A DNA stretch of 64,000 nt from an uncultured Bacteriovoracaceae bacterium (GTDB lineage Bacteria > Bdellovibrionota > Bacteriovoracia > Bacteriovoracales > Bacteriovoracaceae), in assembly GCA_964012805.1 (NCBI GenBank), contig CAXGUD010000007.1, forward strand, positions 32,001-96,000. The letters are read 5' to 3'. The notes under the pieces are model-generated. The model was not told the DNA's origin. It ran no database searches and saw only the letters and a list, made by a program, of their open reading frames with translations. The translations under genes were made by a program, and so were the position numbers. Positions 48,806-58,611 of the stretch are shown here, one piece after another (within the stretch, counting starts at the first letter, position 1; each line of letters opens with the position of its first letter).

Positions 48806-49456
48806 TTAATTTAAATTATTTGCTTTTTTATGGTCATTTAAAAAAGCTTCTAGCCCTTTATCTGTTAGCGGATGCTTAAAAAGAGATTTAACGACTTTAA
48901 AAGGCATAGTTGCAACGTCAGCACCAACCATTGCGGCTTCTCTTACATGTAAAGCATGTCTAATGGAAGCGGCCAAAATTTTTGTCTCAAAGCCGTAGTT
49001 ATCATAGATATTCCTTATTTCTTCAATAAGGCCTGGTCCATCATGCCCTATATCGTCTAGGCGCCCAATAAATGGGGAAATGAAGGTCGCGCCATTTTTG
49101 GCAGCAAGAAGTGCTTGGTTCACAGAAAAACAGAGTGTTACATTTGTTTTAATTTGATTGTCGCTAAACCACTTACATGCAGTAATTCCTGCTTCTGTAA
49201 GGGGAAGTTTTATAACAACATTTTCGTGAATATTAGCGAGTTCTTCACCCTCTTTGATCATGCCATCTACATCTGTTGCGATAACCTCAGCAGATATCGG
49301 TCCGTTAACAATTTCTACAATTTCCTTTATAACATCAAACTGGTTTCGGCCTGATTTAGCTATAAGGCTAGGGTTTGTTGTCACACCATCAATGATACCC
49401 CACTTGGCTGCTTCCTTAATTTCATTTACTTCACCTGTATCAAGAAAAAAGTCCAC
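48806..49456 (-). CDS. tal: Transaldolase (small TalC/FSA-family type)
   Basis: [19 protein letters not shown] (Glu) and ISPFIGR (Phe) are the transaldolase rather than FSA residues. Confidence 0.9.
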   Translation of the reverse strand: MDFFLDTGEVNEIKEAAKWGIIDGVTTNPSLIAKSGRNQFDVIKEIVEIVNGPISAEVIATDVDGMIKEGEELANIHENVVIKLPLTEAGITACKWFSDNQIKTNVTLCFSVNQALLAAKNGATFISPFIGRLDDIGHDGPGLIEEIRNIYDNYGFETKILAASIRHALHVREAAMVGADVATMPFKVVKSLFKHPLTDKGLEAFLNDHKKANNLN

Positions 49457-49573
49457 TATGGTCCCCTTATGTTTAAGTCTGCTATTAGTTGAATAAAAGA
49501 TTTAAATCAAAGGCAAAATAACAGTCAGATAAAGGAGAGACAAGTTTTCCAGGATACCTTTTTTTGCTATTGT

Positions 49574-50416
49574 GTGTCACTTTATAGTATGGGAACTAAG
49601 TCTGTGCGTTCAATTATTGTTTTTAATCTTATGTCTTTTTTCACGTTCAATTTGCTTCAGTTATTTGTGCTGCAAAAAACGTTAGCTGATGATTTTGCTA
49701 GAGAGAGTGAACCTAAGCTTCAAAAAAAATTAAAAGATAAGCTTGAAAGTCTTTTTGATCCAAATTTGGATTATAAAAAGTTTTCAGGTCGTATGACTGA
49801 TAGAGATAAAGTCGGAGATATTTTGAAGGTCTTCACTGAAAATAAAAACATCAAATTTTTTAGACCTGGTGATCCCCTTGAGTTTCGCTTACCCAACCAA
49901 AGTGATTCCTTATGTCGGGGGTTCATAAAGGTTGTGGAAAAAGATTATCTTACTCTTTATGTTAAGAACCTCTTTAGTTGTTTTAAAAAAGGTGAGTATA
50001 TGAGAAGAGGCTCTCAAATGGTCTTTTATGCACCTGTTTTGGAGGAAAGGATAAAGGATGCTGGCTTGTACAGGGTGATTCTTCTGAGGAAAAAAGAAGA
50101 GTATTGGAATCAGTTGAGAAAAATGAACCAATTTATTTGGAATTATGACCAGAGAAAAATTAAAGTTTCAGCTGATTATGATAAGCGGATTGTAGCTTTA
50201 GAAAATAAAAAGAGGAAGGAGCTTGATATTCTATTAGGAAAAAAAAGAGATCAAGTTCTTTTGCAAAAGGAAATCGTAAAAAAAATAGAAATGTTGGATA
50301 GTGATTTAGACTTTTATATAATAGATCAATATGAACCTGAGCTAGATCGGTGGCACCTAGACCATGACTTAGGTTTACCAGTCGGGAAGAAACCTCAAAA
50401 GAAAAAACAAATATAA
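49574..50416 (+). CDS. Hypothetical exported protein with coiled coil
   Basis: 280-aa ORF with an N-terminal hydrophobic segment. Confidence 0.7.
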   Translation: MSLYSMGTKSVRSIIVFNLMSFFTFNLLQLFVLQKTLADDFARESEPKLQKKLKDKLESLFDPNLDYKKFSGRMTDRDKVGDILKVFTENKNIKFFRPGDPLEFRLPNQSDSLCRGFIKVVEKDYLTLYVKNLFSCFKKGEYMRRGSQMVFYAPVLEERIKDAGLYRVILLRKKEEYWNQLRKMNQFIWNYDQRKIKVSADYDKRIVALENKKRKELDILLGKKRDQVLLQKEIVKKIEMLDSDLDFYIIDQYEPELDRWHLDHDLGLPVGKKPQKKKQI

Positions 50417-50452
50417 AAACTATTTGAATTGAATCAAATACGGGGTAACTGT

Positions 50453-51394
50453 CTAGTGAAATAAATCTGAATAAATATGTTTTGGTAAATGTTCTTTGTA
50501 GTGTTTTAAACTGTAGCTTGGAGCGACCCCCATCCATTCCTTAATGTTTTCTTCATTCTTATCTTTAAGCCAGTTAAATATACAAGCTTGTCTTAATGAT
50601 CTAGGAGTAAGCTCTATTTTTAAATTCTCGCTGTACTCTTTAAAGATGATTTCAAGCCCCCTGGAAGAAAGTCCTCCTGATAAAATTTTATAGGGATTGG
50701 CATTGAAAAGGAGTTCTTCAAATTCAATGTTTTGATTTGCCATTTCTATTTTTAATAAGTCCAAATATTTAACTAAAAAGTTGTCAAACTCATTGGGAAG
50801 AGGAATTGAAAAAGGGTCTCTTTTTGGAGGAGTTAGCATAACTCTTGGGTTTTTTCCTAAAAAAATATGACACCTTTTTAAGCATGATAGATCAGAAACT
50901 TTGAGTCCTCCTTTAAAAATAAGAAGAGTTATAATTAGATTTCTAAATGAGATTAGCTTTTGCAGGTTTTTAGATTCATCTATTTCCTGCAAAAGGTGAT
51001 TCCAAAATATTTTCAAATTCTTAAAGCTTGTTGGTCTTGGTACATCAAGAAACTTGGGGGATGTTGGTATAGACCTTACTGGGTTATTAGGAACTTCACC
51101 TTCGGAAAGCAAAAAATCAAAAAAGTTTCTTAACGTTTGAAGTCGTCTTCTTCTGGAATTATCTGAAGAATACTTTTTATCTAAAAAGTGAGCATAATGC
51201 CGAATAAGAGAGTTTGTGAGTGATTTTCTGCAGGGAACCCACCCATTATCATTTAGGAAGTTATTGAAACAATTCAGGTCAGTTTTATAATTTTTTAGAG
51301 TGTTGGGGCTTTTACCTTGTTTTTCGCATTTATCAATAAAATTTATTTGTTGCTTGAAAAAAAAGGCATGAGTGGTATCTATTTGTTTTTCCAA
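50453..51394 (-). CDS. Tyrosine recombinase-like (XerC/D-like) protein with degenerate active site
   Basis: N-terminal SPNTLKNYKTDL, RRRLQTLRNFFDFL, NNPV; catalytic domain GGLKVSDL, TPRSLRQAC, EWMGV. Confidence 0.75.
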   Translation of the reverse strand: MEKQIDTTHAFFFKQQINFIDKCEKQGKSPNTLKNYKTDLNCFNNFLNDNGWVPCRKSLTNSLIRHYAHFLDKKYSSDNSRRRRLQTLRNFFDFLLSEGEVPNNPVRSIPTSPKFLDVPRPTSFKNLKIFWNHLLQEIDESKNLQKLISFRNLIITLLIFKGGLKVSDLSCLKRCHIFLGKNPRVMLTPPKRDPFSIPLPNEFDNFLVKYLDLLKIEMANQNIEFEELLFNANPYKILSGGLSSRGLEIIFKEYSENLKIELTPRSLRQACIFNWLKDKNEENIKEWMGVAPSYSLKHYKEHLPKHIYSDLFH

Positions 51395-51616
51395 AAGTTA
51401 TCCTTCTGCAAGAGAGACCATATTATTTACTTTTACCTATCAGAGTCGTAAAAATTACAGGTTTCCGGTGCATAAAATGATACGTAAGTAAATAATCATA
51501 GACAACTAAAAAGGATTCTTTTAAATTCAGGTCTCATTTTTAAGCATGAAAATTGAATATTGAATAAAGAAAGTAGATGAGGATGAGAAGTTACTTAAGA
51601 GGTATGGGGTTTTCTC

Positions 51617-52438
51617 GTGAGCGTACGTTTGTCATTAATTGAGGAACTTGATGACTTTTTCAAGTTAAGACATACACAGAAAGATATTGCCAAAGATGAA
51701 GCGCTAAGTGACGTCATTGCCTTTATATATTCTCATCCTGTAACATCGAAGTTTCTTTCGGATATTGATATTCAGTTTAAGAGTGAAAAGTTATTTGTTG
51801 AAGCACTAACTCATACTTCTTTTGTCAACGAACAGGCAAATTTTCCTTTCCTTTCTTTTGAGCGTTTAGAGTTTTTCGGAGACTCTCTTTTTAATTTCTT
51901 TGTTAGCGATTTTTTAATTGAGAACTTTCCAGATTTGAAGGAAGGGCCTTTGTCTCGCTTTCGGGGCGCTGTTGTAAATGAAGGGAGCATGGCCGAACTT
52001 GCTAGAAGCATCTCATTAGGTTCCTGCCTTCTTTTGGGGAAAGGAGAGCTTAAGTCTAGAGGTCATGATAAGGATGCGATCCTTGCAGACTCATTAGAAG
52101 CAGTCTTTGGAGCAGTTTTCTTAGATCAAGGCTTTGAAGGTGCGAAAAAACTCTTTTATAGTATACTCGAAATTTTTGAAAATAAAAATTGTTTACCTTA
52201 TATATCCATGGAACGCTTGGAAAACTTTGACCCCAAGTCGTTGCTTCAGGAAAAAACAATGTCCTTATATAAAGAGGTTCCTGAATATAGAGCTATAAAG
52301 TTCGATGACGAACTTTTTCAAGTGGATATTCTTATAGGTGGAAAACAGATTCTTTCCACCAAAAATAGATCAAAGAAAAAAGCTGAAAAATTTTTGGCGA
52401 AAGAAATATTAAAAAAAGAGTTGTACCTTTTACCCTAG
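51617..52438 (+). CDS. rnc: Ribonuclease III
   Basis: ALTHTSF, ERLEFFGDS, ADSLEAVFGAVFLDQG, dsRBD DPKSLLQE...SKKKAE. Confidence 0.93.
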   Translation: MSVRLSLIEELDDFFKLRHTQKDIAKDEALSDVIAFIYSHPVTSKFLSDIDIQFKSEKLFVEALTHTSFVNEQANFPFLSFERLEFFGDSLFNFFVSDFLIENFPDLKEGPLSRFRGAVVNEGSMAELARSISLGSCLLLGKGELKSRGHDKDAILADSLEAVFGAVFLDQGFEGAKKLFYSILEIFENKNCLPYISMERLENFDPKSLLQEKTMSLYKEVPEYRAIKFDDELFQVDILIGGKQILSTKNRSKKKAEKFLAKEILKKELYLLP

Positions 52439-52445
52439 GAAAAAC

Positions 52446-53444
52446 ATGTTAATCGAGCATCAGCACCCTTCAAATAAGTCAATCATGGTCTCAGTATTAG
52501 GAGCTCCAAACGTTGGAAAGAGTTCATTTGTTAATAATTTAATGGGCTTTGATCTTTCTGTTGTTACCAATAAGCCGCAAACAACTAGAAACAAGTTCCA
52601 TTGTGTAATCAATATAGATCACACTGAAATTATTTTAGTTGATACTCCAGGTGTTCACGTCAATAAAAAAGAAATAAATAAAAGAATGAATGAGCAAGCT
52701 AAAGAAGGAGTCCAAGGTACTGACATTAATTTACTTCTCATTGACCTTAGTAAAGAAATTTTTAAGCAATTTACAGAGTTCAAAGATATTATGAAAACAG
52801 ATTTAAACCGTACATGGGTTGTTTTCACTAAGACTGATAAGGTTGAAGACTTTGAGAAGTTGCCGTTAGATGAGGTTGTAGAAAAAGCAAAGACTCTTCT
52901 ACCTTCGATAGAGAAGTTTTTCTCAATAAGTTCAAAGACCGGAGATAATATTCACCTTATTACAGGTGCACTATGTGATGAAGCTCAGTCTGGCCCCCAC
53001 CTTTATACTGATGGAGCTGTCTCAAATAAAAGTGAACGTTTTTTTGTAGCTGAGTATATACGTGAACAAGCATTTTCTATTTTAAAAGAAGAACTTCCTT
53101 ATGAAATTGCTGTGACTGTTGAAGAATTTATGGATAACAGAAAGAAAGGCTTTTCCAAAGGTGCGGCTGAAAGAACAATAAAGCCATCTATTGCTTCTAT
53201 GATTTCAGCTTCTATTTTGGTTAATAGGGCAAGTCAAAGGGCCATTGTTGTTGGTTCTAAAGGCTCCGTTATAAAAGAAATTGGAACTAGGGCCAGAAAA
53301 AAAATTGAGTCAATGGTTGGTGGTCAAGTTCACCTTAATCTACACGTTAAAGTTTCTCCAAATTGGTTTAAAAATAACTTTGTTCTTGAAGAATTAGGTT
53401 TACCAAGGGCAACCGACTCCTCTCGAGTCTGGAGAAAAAAGTAA
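52446..53444 (+). CDS. era: GTPase Era
   Basis: GAPNVGKS, KPQTTR, DTPG, EELPY, KH domain VVGSKGSVIKEIG. Confidence 0.96.
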   Translation: MLIEHQHPSNKSIMVSVLGAPNVGKSSFVNNLMGFDLSVVTNKPQTTRNKFHCVINIDHTEIILVDTPGVHVNKKEINKRMNEQAKEGVQGTDINLLLIDLSKEIFKQFTEFKDIMKTDLNRTWVVFTKTDKVEDFEKLPLDEVVEKAKTLLPSIEKFFSISSKTGDNIHLITGALCDEAQSGPHLYTDGAVSNKSERFFVAEYIREQAFSILKEELPYEIAVTVEEFMDNRKKGFSKGAAERTIKPSIASMISASILVNRASQRAIVVGSKGSVIKEIGTRARKKIESMVGGQVHLNLHVKVSPNWFKNNFVLEELGLPRATDSSRVWRKK

Positions 53445-53505
53445 AATTTAATATTTTTTATAAAGGCTTTTTCATTTTTTGATGAAAGAGAAGAAGGATT
53501 ATTTT

Positions 53506-55257
53506 ATGGCTCGTTCAATGGTTATTTCACTTATAGGGAGACCTAATGTTGGGAAAAGTACCCTTTTTAACCGTCTGATGAAGAAGGCCCATAAAGCTAT
53601 AACTTTCGACCAAGCAGGAGTAACAAGGGATCGTCACTACGGAATTGCCACTTTTAATGAAGGTGAAGAAGATAAAGAGAGGCAAGCGGTTTTAGTTGAT
53701 ACCGGAGGGTTTTACCCTCAACAAATTCACGATATTGAGAAATTTGATGAGCATAGAGGTCAAAACGATACGTGTGACCATTTTTTCAATATTATGAAAG
53801 AGCATGCTGAAATGGCAATTGAGGAGTCCGATTTAGTCCTTTTTATGACGGACGTTCGTGAGGGTGTACTCCCTTTTGATCACGATATTGCGCACTTTAT
53901 CCGATCTAAAAAGAAAGAAGTTTGGTTAGTCGTTAATAAATATGATTCTGATGCTCAGGCAGGTGAAGAAGCTGAATTTTACTCTTTGGGTTTTGATGAC
54001 AAATCACTTTACCTTCTTTCCTCCTCTCATGGTAGGGGAGTAGATGATTTGATAGAGTCTCTTGGAAAAAAGATTATTCAATTAGAGGAGACTAAATCTT
54101 CTGAGGACCTCTCTTTGCAATCAGGTCTAATTCCTAAGCAAAATGTTGTTTCAAGGTTGGCCATTATTGGGGCTCCTAATGCGGGAAAATCAACCCTTTT
54201 AAACCGTATTTTGGGAGCGAAAAGGGCTTTAGTAAGTGACGTCCCAGGAACGACAGTTGACCCTATCGGAGGCTATTTTGACCTTGATTTTGGAAAAAAT
54301 GCTTACCTTTTAGATAAAAAGCAGGTTGAGTCTTCTTGGGATAAAAAGAAGATTTTTACTTCTGATTTTGAGTTAAAGCAGTCTAAAGTCTTTGAAGAGT
54401 TTGGAGATACGGATTCTCCTTTTGAGCTAGAAAAATCCCTAGAGGAAATGTATAAGACTGTTTTTATGGATGATGAAGCTTTAGAAGAGAAAGGCGAGAT
54501 TTTGGAAGATGAAATCGTCGAAGATGAAATCGTTGAAGAAAACTCTAAGGAGTCTTTAGTTAACAATGTGAGATCAATTCATATTGTAGACACTGCAGGA
54601 ATTAGACAGAAGAAAAAAATAAAGTCATTTATAGAGTCACAATCTGTTTTTCGATCTTTACGCTGTATTACAGAAGCAGATGTTGTTATTTATCTTATGG
54701 ATGCAACCAAGGGGATAGGTCATCAAGACAGAAGACTTTTGGGGATTGCTCTGGAAAAAGGTAAGTCTATTATCATGGCACTTAACAAAGTGGACCTTTT
54801 AAAAGAAAAGCTTAAAAATCAAAAAGATAGAGAAAAATGGCTTCAGAATTTGAGAGATGAAATTCCTTGGCTTGAATTTTGTGATTTGGTGACTCTTTCT
54901 GCAAAGGAAGGGAAGGGAATCAAGCGTCTTAAAAGAACAATTCAAAAGACGATTTTTGTGAGAAAGAAAACTGTATCAACAGGGCATTTAAATCGTTTCG
55001 TTCAGTTCATTGTAGATAAAAACCCGATTGTTGTTCAAAAAGCTCGAGGAGCGAGGTTTAAAGTCAAATATGCTCTTATGGTAAAAAATGGCCCTCCAAC
55101 TTTTCTTTTATATTCCAATAAGTCTATGGGTATTCCTGAAAATTATAAGAGGTACATAAAAAATAATTTAAGAAGAGAGTTTGATCTTTATAATACTCCT
55201 GTTCATGTAATATTTAGATCGAGCTCAGACCAAGAAAGAGGAAGGCCCAAGGACTAG
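53506..55257 (+). CDS. der: Ribosome biogenesis GTPase Der (EngA) with acidic insertion in GD2
   Basis: Two G domains (GRPNVGKST/DTGG/NKYD and GAPNAGKST/DTAG/NKVD) and a C-terminal KH-like domain. Probable ATG at 53506 (track gives 53479). Confidence 0.93.
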   Translation: MARSMVISLIGRPNVGKSTLFNRLMKKAHKAITFDQAGVTRDRHYGIATFNEGEEDKERQAVLVDTGGFYPQQIHDIEKFDEHRGQNDTCDHFFNIMKEHAEMAIEESDLVLFMTDVREGVLPFDHDIAHFIRSKKKEVWLVVNKYDSDAQAGEEAEFYSLGFDDKSLYLLSSSHGRGVDDLIESLGKKIIQLEETKSSEDLSLQSGLIPKQNVVSRLAIIGAPNAGKSTLLNRILGAKRALVSDVPGTTVDPIGGYFDLDFGKNAYLLDKKQVESSWDKKKIFTSDFELKQSKVFEEFGDTDSPFELEKSLEEMYKTVFMDDEALEEKGEILEDEIVEDEIVEENSKESLVNNVRSIHIVDTAGIRQKKKIKSFIESQSVFRSLRCITEADVVIYLMDATKGIGHQDRRLLGIALEKGKSIIMALNKVDLLKEKLKNQKDREKWLQNLRDEIPWLEFCDLVTLSAKEGKGIKRLKRTIQKTIFVRKKTVSTGHLNRFVQFIVDKNPIVVQKARGARFKVKYALMVKNGPPTFLLYSNKSMGIPENYKRYIKNNLRREFDLYNTPVHVIFRSSSDQERGRPKD

Positions 55258-55282
55258 AGCTTTAGTTTTAGTTAGTTTCATT

Positions 55283-56071
55283 TTACCAGCCGAAAATATA
55301 ACTTATTTTTGTCGTATAGCCTAAACCAGCAAGATTTTGGTATCCAAAACCAGACCCTGTTACAATTGGCCTATACTTCTGTGTATATTTATCATGAAAA
55401 TTGATTGAGTGTATTAAAAATTCAACGCCGAGGTATGTATCCCTTAGCTTTATAGGGAATTCAAGCCCTCCACCATACCCAAATCCAAAGCCACCACCTT
55501 TTTCATTTTCTAATTGAGATTGGTCTATGAATCGGTTTGTAACATACCAATACTCCATTGAGAGAGAAAGATAAGGATTTGCATATGTAATGGCCGTACC
55601 TAAGTTAGAAGTATCAAGATAATGTCTATAGTTTATAAAAAACCGAAGACACCTTACTGCAATAGCACCAGGAGGATCAGGGTTGTAGCCATTAACAGCT
55701 TGGTCAATGAAAAAGTGGTGTTGAGAGTAGGCCCAGCCAATTCCCATTGATGTTTGAAAGTTAATAAAGTAATTAAGTGAAAGACCAAAGGTCGGTGGTT
55801 CGTTTACGTAAGCACTGCCTCTATTTCCATCAAACATTGTGTGACCTATTGTTAGGGCCACATTATAAAATCTTGCATATTGATAAAAATTTTCGTCCTC
55901 TAAAACTTTTGTATCTTCATAGTCTTCTTTAAAGTCATTAAAGATATCATTACCACCCAAGTTGAGGTCATCATTTTCAATTTCCATTGGCTCTAATTGG
56001 GCCCTGACGGTGCTTGGAGACCAACAGAAAAATAGGGCCATAAAAAGAGTAAGAAGTATATTTTTAAACAC
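55283..56071 (-). CDS. Putative outer-membrane beta-barrel protein
   Basis: Signal peptide, alternating aromatic strands, C-terminal ISYIFGW. Confidence 0.65.
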   Translation of the reverse strand: MFKNILLTLFMALFFCWSPSTVRAQLEPMEIENDDLNLGGNDIFNDFKEDYEDTKVLEDENFYQYARFYNVALTIGHTMFDGNRGSAYVNEPPTFGLSLNYFINFQTSMGIGWAYSQHHFFIDQAVNGYNPDPPGAIAVRCLRFFINYRHYLDTSNLGTAITYANPYLSLSMEYWYVTNRFIDQSQLENEKGGGFGFGYGGGLEFPIKLRDTYLGVEFLIHSINFHDKYTQKYRPIVTGSGFGYQNLAGLGYTTKISYIFGW

Positions 56072-56082
56072 TGAAAGGGCCT

Positions 56083-56586
56083 TTATAAATAGAAATGCAC
56101 TCCAGCTGTTAGAATGTGATTTCCTCTAATTTCGATTGCAAAGTTGTCTAGTTTATTTAGTGAAACTCCAAACTCAAAACTAAAGCCTATACTCTCTATA
56201 CCTTTAAGGTGAAACTCCGTTCCTAGATTAAAGTCAAATTGAAAACCTGATTTACTGGTTGTTCCTGACTTCTGGCCGAGAAGGCCCGCAAGAAGCGACC
56301 CATAAAAGTTAAGCTGTGGCTCTTCAAAAATAAGTCTATAAACTTTGATTCCTGCTCCATGTCCACCGCTTGTTTCGTTTGTGCTTAGTGCAATTATGCC
56401 ACCCAGCGCAAGGGTGGGCGACTTTTGAAGTTTAAAGCTTATTGCGGGAATACCTGTTATAAGCTGGTTTGAAAAGCCTAGCCCAAGTCGGCCTCTTTGG
56501 TGTGATGCGAAGCATTCTATTTGGAATACAAGTGTCAAGATTAGGGCAATTACGTAGGAAAGATAAGGGGGCGAAACTCTTTTCAC
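56083..56586 (-). CDS. Small putative outer-membrane beta-barrel protein
   Basis: Signal peptide; Gly/aromatic strands; C-terminal beta-signal AGVHFYL. Confidence 0.7.
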   Translation of the reverse strand: MKRVSPPYLSYVIALILTLVFQIECFASHQRGRLGLGFSNQLITGIPAISFKLQKSPTLALGGIIALSTNETSGGHGAGIKVYRLIFEEPQLNFYGSLLAGLLGQKSGTTSKSGFQFDFNLGTEFHLKGIESIGFSFEFGVSLNKLDNFAIEIRGNHILTAGVHFYL

Positions 56587-56646
56587 TTCAGATCTCTCTT
56601 TTTTTGCTAAAAGGTCATTTTACTTATTCTAACACGGCCTGTATTT

Positions 56647-56675
56647 TTGACAACTTCGTTGGAGGTTACTAAACT
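56647..56675 (+). promoter_or_regulatory. Sigma70 promoter of yfgM-bamB
   Basis: TTGACA-N17-TAAACT. Confidence 0.7.
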
Positions 56676-56716
56676 GTGACAGTTCTAGAGTACGTATAAA
56701 ATGGAGAGGAATAAAG

Positions 56717-57409
56717 ATGAATGAAGTAACTGCTACAGCTCCTTATAATGGACCTGAAGGTTCAGGGGTCCCTCTAAGTGATGATGATAGTATAGAGGCT
56801 CAGTGGAGTAAGTATAAAATACCAATTATTTCTTTGGTTGCAGTGGTTGTGCTTGGTGTTGTAGGGTTTGGCCTTTTTTCTAATCACAAAGAGAATAAAA
56901 ATGAAGAATTTGGTGAGAAAGTTTATCGTTTTACTCAAGCTCACTCTGCTAAATTAGAAAAAGGAACTTACGACGCAGCGTCTTACATTGCTTCTTTTAA
57001 AGTTTTGTTAAAAGATGTTGATGGGTTTGAGGGGGCATTTCCTCTTCTTCTGAACTCTGCAGATAAGGTTATGGAAAAAGGAGATTTAAAAGAGTCTCTT
57101 GAGCTCCTTCAGTTAGGTGAGAGTCAATACTCAAGTAGTAATGCTTATAAGGCTTTCTTTGTTAGAATTCGACTGGCAGCTCTTTATGAAGATATGGGTA
57201 AGTTTAATGAGGCTTATGAAGTTCTTCAAAACCTGTTAAAGTCCCCTGTTAAGCTTTTAGAATCGAAAGTCTATCTTGATTTAGGAAGGGTTCATCTAAA
57301 AATGGGTGAAAAGGAAAAGGCCAAAACCACTTTTCAATATGTAATTGATAATGGAAAAAGTGGTGATGACGTCGTTAAAATGGCGAGGCTTTACATATCT
57401 AACATGTAG
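56717..57409 (+). CDS. YfgM-like membrane-anchored TPR protein
   Basis: Single N-terminal TM helix, C-terminal TPR repeats, located upstream of the bamB-like gene. Confidence 0.75.
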   Translation: MNEVTATAPYNGPEGSGVPLSDDDSIEAQWSKYKIPIISLVAVVVLGVVGFGLFSNHKENKNEEFGEKVYRFTQAHSAKLEKGTYDAASYIASFKVLLKDVDGFEGAFPLLLNSADKVMEKGDLKESLELLQLGESQYSSSNAYKAFFVRIRLAALYEDMGKFNEAYEVLQNLLKSPVKLLESKVYLDLGRVHLKMGEKEKAKTTFQYVIDNGKSGDDVVKMARLYISNM

Positions 57410-57470
57410 TTAAATGCACTAAAATAACTTTAAAATTGCTGAAGCTTTTGACTTTCTAAAAAGGTTTTCC

Positions 57471-58598
57471 ATGAAAAAATTCTTGAATGAATTTATACCT
57501 TTTGTTGTTTTACTTGTGATGGTTTCTTGCTCCTCTATAAAGAAGGTTATACCTATAAAGGGCACATCTTTAAAGAAGCCAGTTTTTACTGTTCTTTGGT
57601 CCAAAAATTATGATCCAGATTATAAAACAGGCAATTTGCCTATTGCTCTTAATGGTCCAATTACCAGTGAAGGAATTGTTTATGCTGGACATAATGAAGG
57701 AGAGATGAGGGCCTACGATGTAGAAACAGGTAAAAGTGCTTGGGTAGTAAAAGATGGTGGTCTTTCTCACTCTACACCAATAGTTTACAAGGATTTATTA
57801 ATTTACGGTACGCTACAAGGCAGGCTTTTTGCTAGAAACCGGATCACTGGAAGTTTGAAATATAGTGTAGAGTTAGGTTCTGGAGTAGAGACCCAAGGTG
57901 TGATTTATAAAGATAGGCTCTATGTTCATTTGAGAAATCACAAGATTTTTTGTCTTGATGCTCAAACTGGGGCCATTATATGGGCCTATAAAAGGTCTAT
58001 GTCCTACAAAACAACTCTTCAAAGGGCTTCTCGGCCATTTATTTCTAAAGATAAGCTATATGTAGGCTTTGCAGACGGATATTTGGTATCATTTTCAGCT
58101 CAGGATGGATCACTTCTTTGGGAAACTAAATTGGCAGAGGACGTAAAATTTCTTGATGTCGATACTGCACCGAGGTTATTTTTTGGGAAGATTTTTGCTG
58201 GAGTATCAGAAGGAGATATTTTTGTTTTAAACCCAAAGAATGGAGAAGTGCTTAGCAAGTTGCCTTTTTCGTCTTTAAGGGATCTAAAATTAATTGAGGA
58301 CAAAATCTTTATCGGAACCAAAAAAGGTAACGTTGTCGTTTTAGATGAAAGTTTGAAAATGGTTAAAGAGTCCAGGACATTAGATGGAGCGATAACCGGA
58401 TTGGCCGTTTGGAAAGACCGCTTTATAGTTGTAGGGACTATTAGGGGAACATTATACGCTTTAGATACGAAGAGCCTTGAAATCGTTGACCATTTGAACT
58501 TTGGTTACGCTGGAACGCCCCACTTCAATGAGGCGAGCATAGATGGCCCTTTTCTTAGTATCATTTCAAGTAGGAACAGACTCCATTTAATAAAGTAA
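57471..58598 (+). CDS. bamB: BamB-like PQQ-repeat beta-propeller lipoprotein
   Basis: Lipobox MVSC; repeated AxDxxTGxxxW blades; adjacent to yfgM. Confidence 0.72.
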   Translation: MKKFLNEFIPFVVLLVMVSCSSIKKVIPIKGTSLKKPVFTVLWSKNYDPDYKTGNLPIALNGPITSEGIVYAGHNEGEMRAYDVETGKSAWVVKDGGLSHSTPIVYKDLLIYGTLQGRLFARNRITGSLKYSVELGSGVETQGVIYKDRLYVHLRNHKIFCLDAQTGAIIWAYKRSMSYKTTLQRASRPFISKDKLYVGFADGYLVSFSAQDGSLLWETKLAEDVKFLDVDTAPRLFFGKIFAGVSEGDIFVLNPKNGEVLSKLPFSSLRDLKLIEDKIFIGTKKGNVVVLDESLKMVKESRTLDGAITGLAVWKDRFIVVGTIRGTLYALDTKSLEIVDHLNFGYAGTPHFNEASIDGPFLSIISSRNRLHLIK

Positions 58599-58611
58599 TT
58601 AAATAACTGAC

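Noticed and set aside
48806..49456. Fructose-6-phosphate aldolase as a satellite BMC enzyme
   Set aside because: Diagnostic Glu/Phe residues indicate an ordinary transaldolase; it has no encapsulation peptide and lies 26 kb from the locus.
50453..51394. Integrase marking a prophage or integrative element
   Set aside because: Catalytic residues are degenerate, the flanks are housekeeping genes (tal, rnc-era-der), and no att repeats, tRNA or phage genes were seen.
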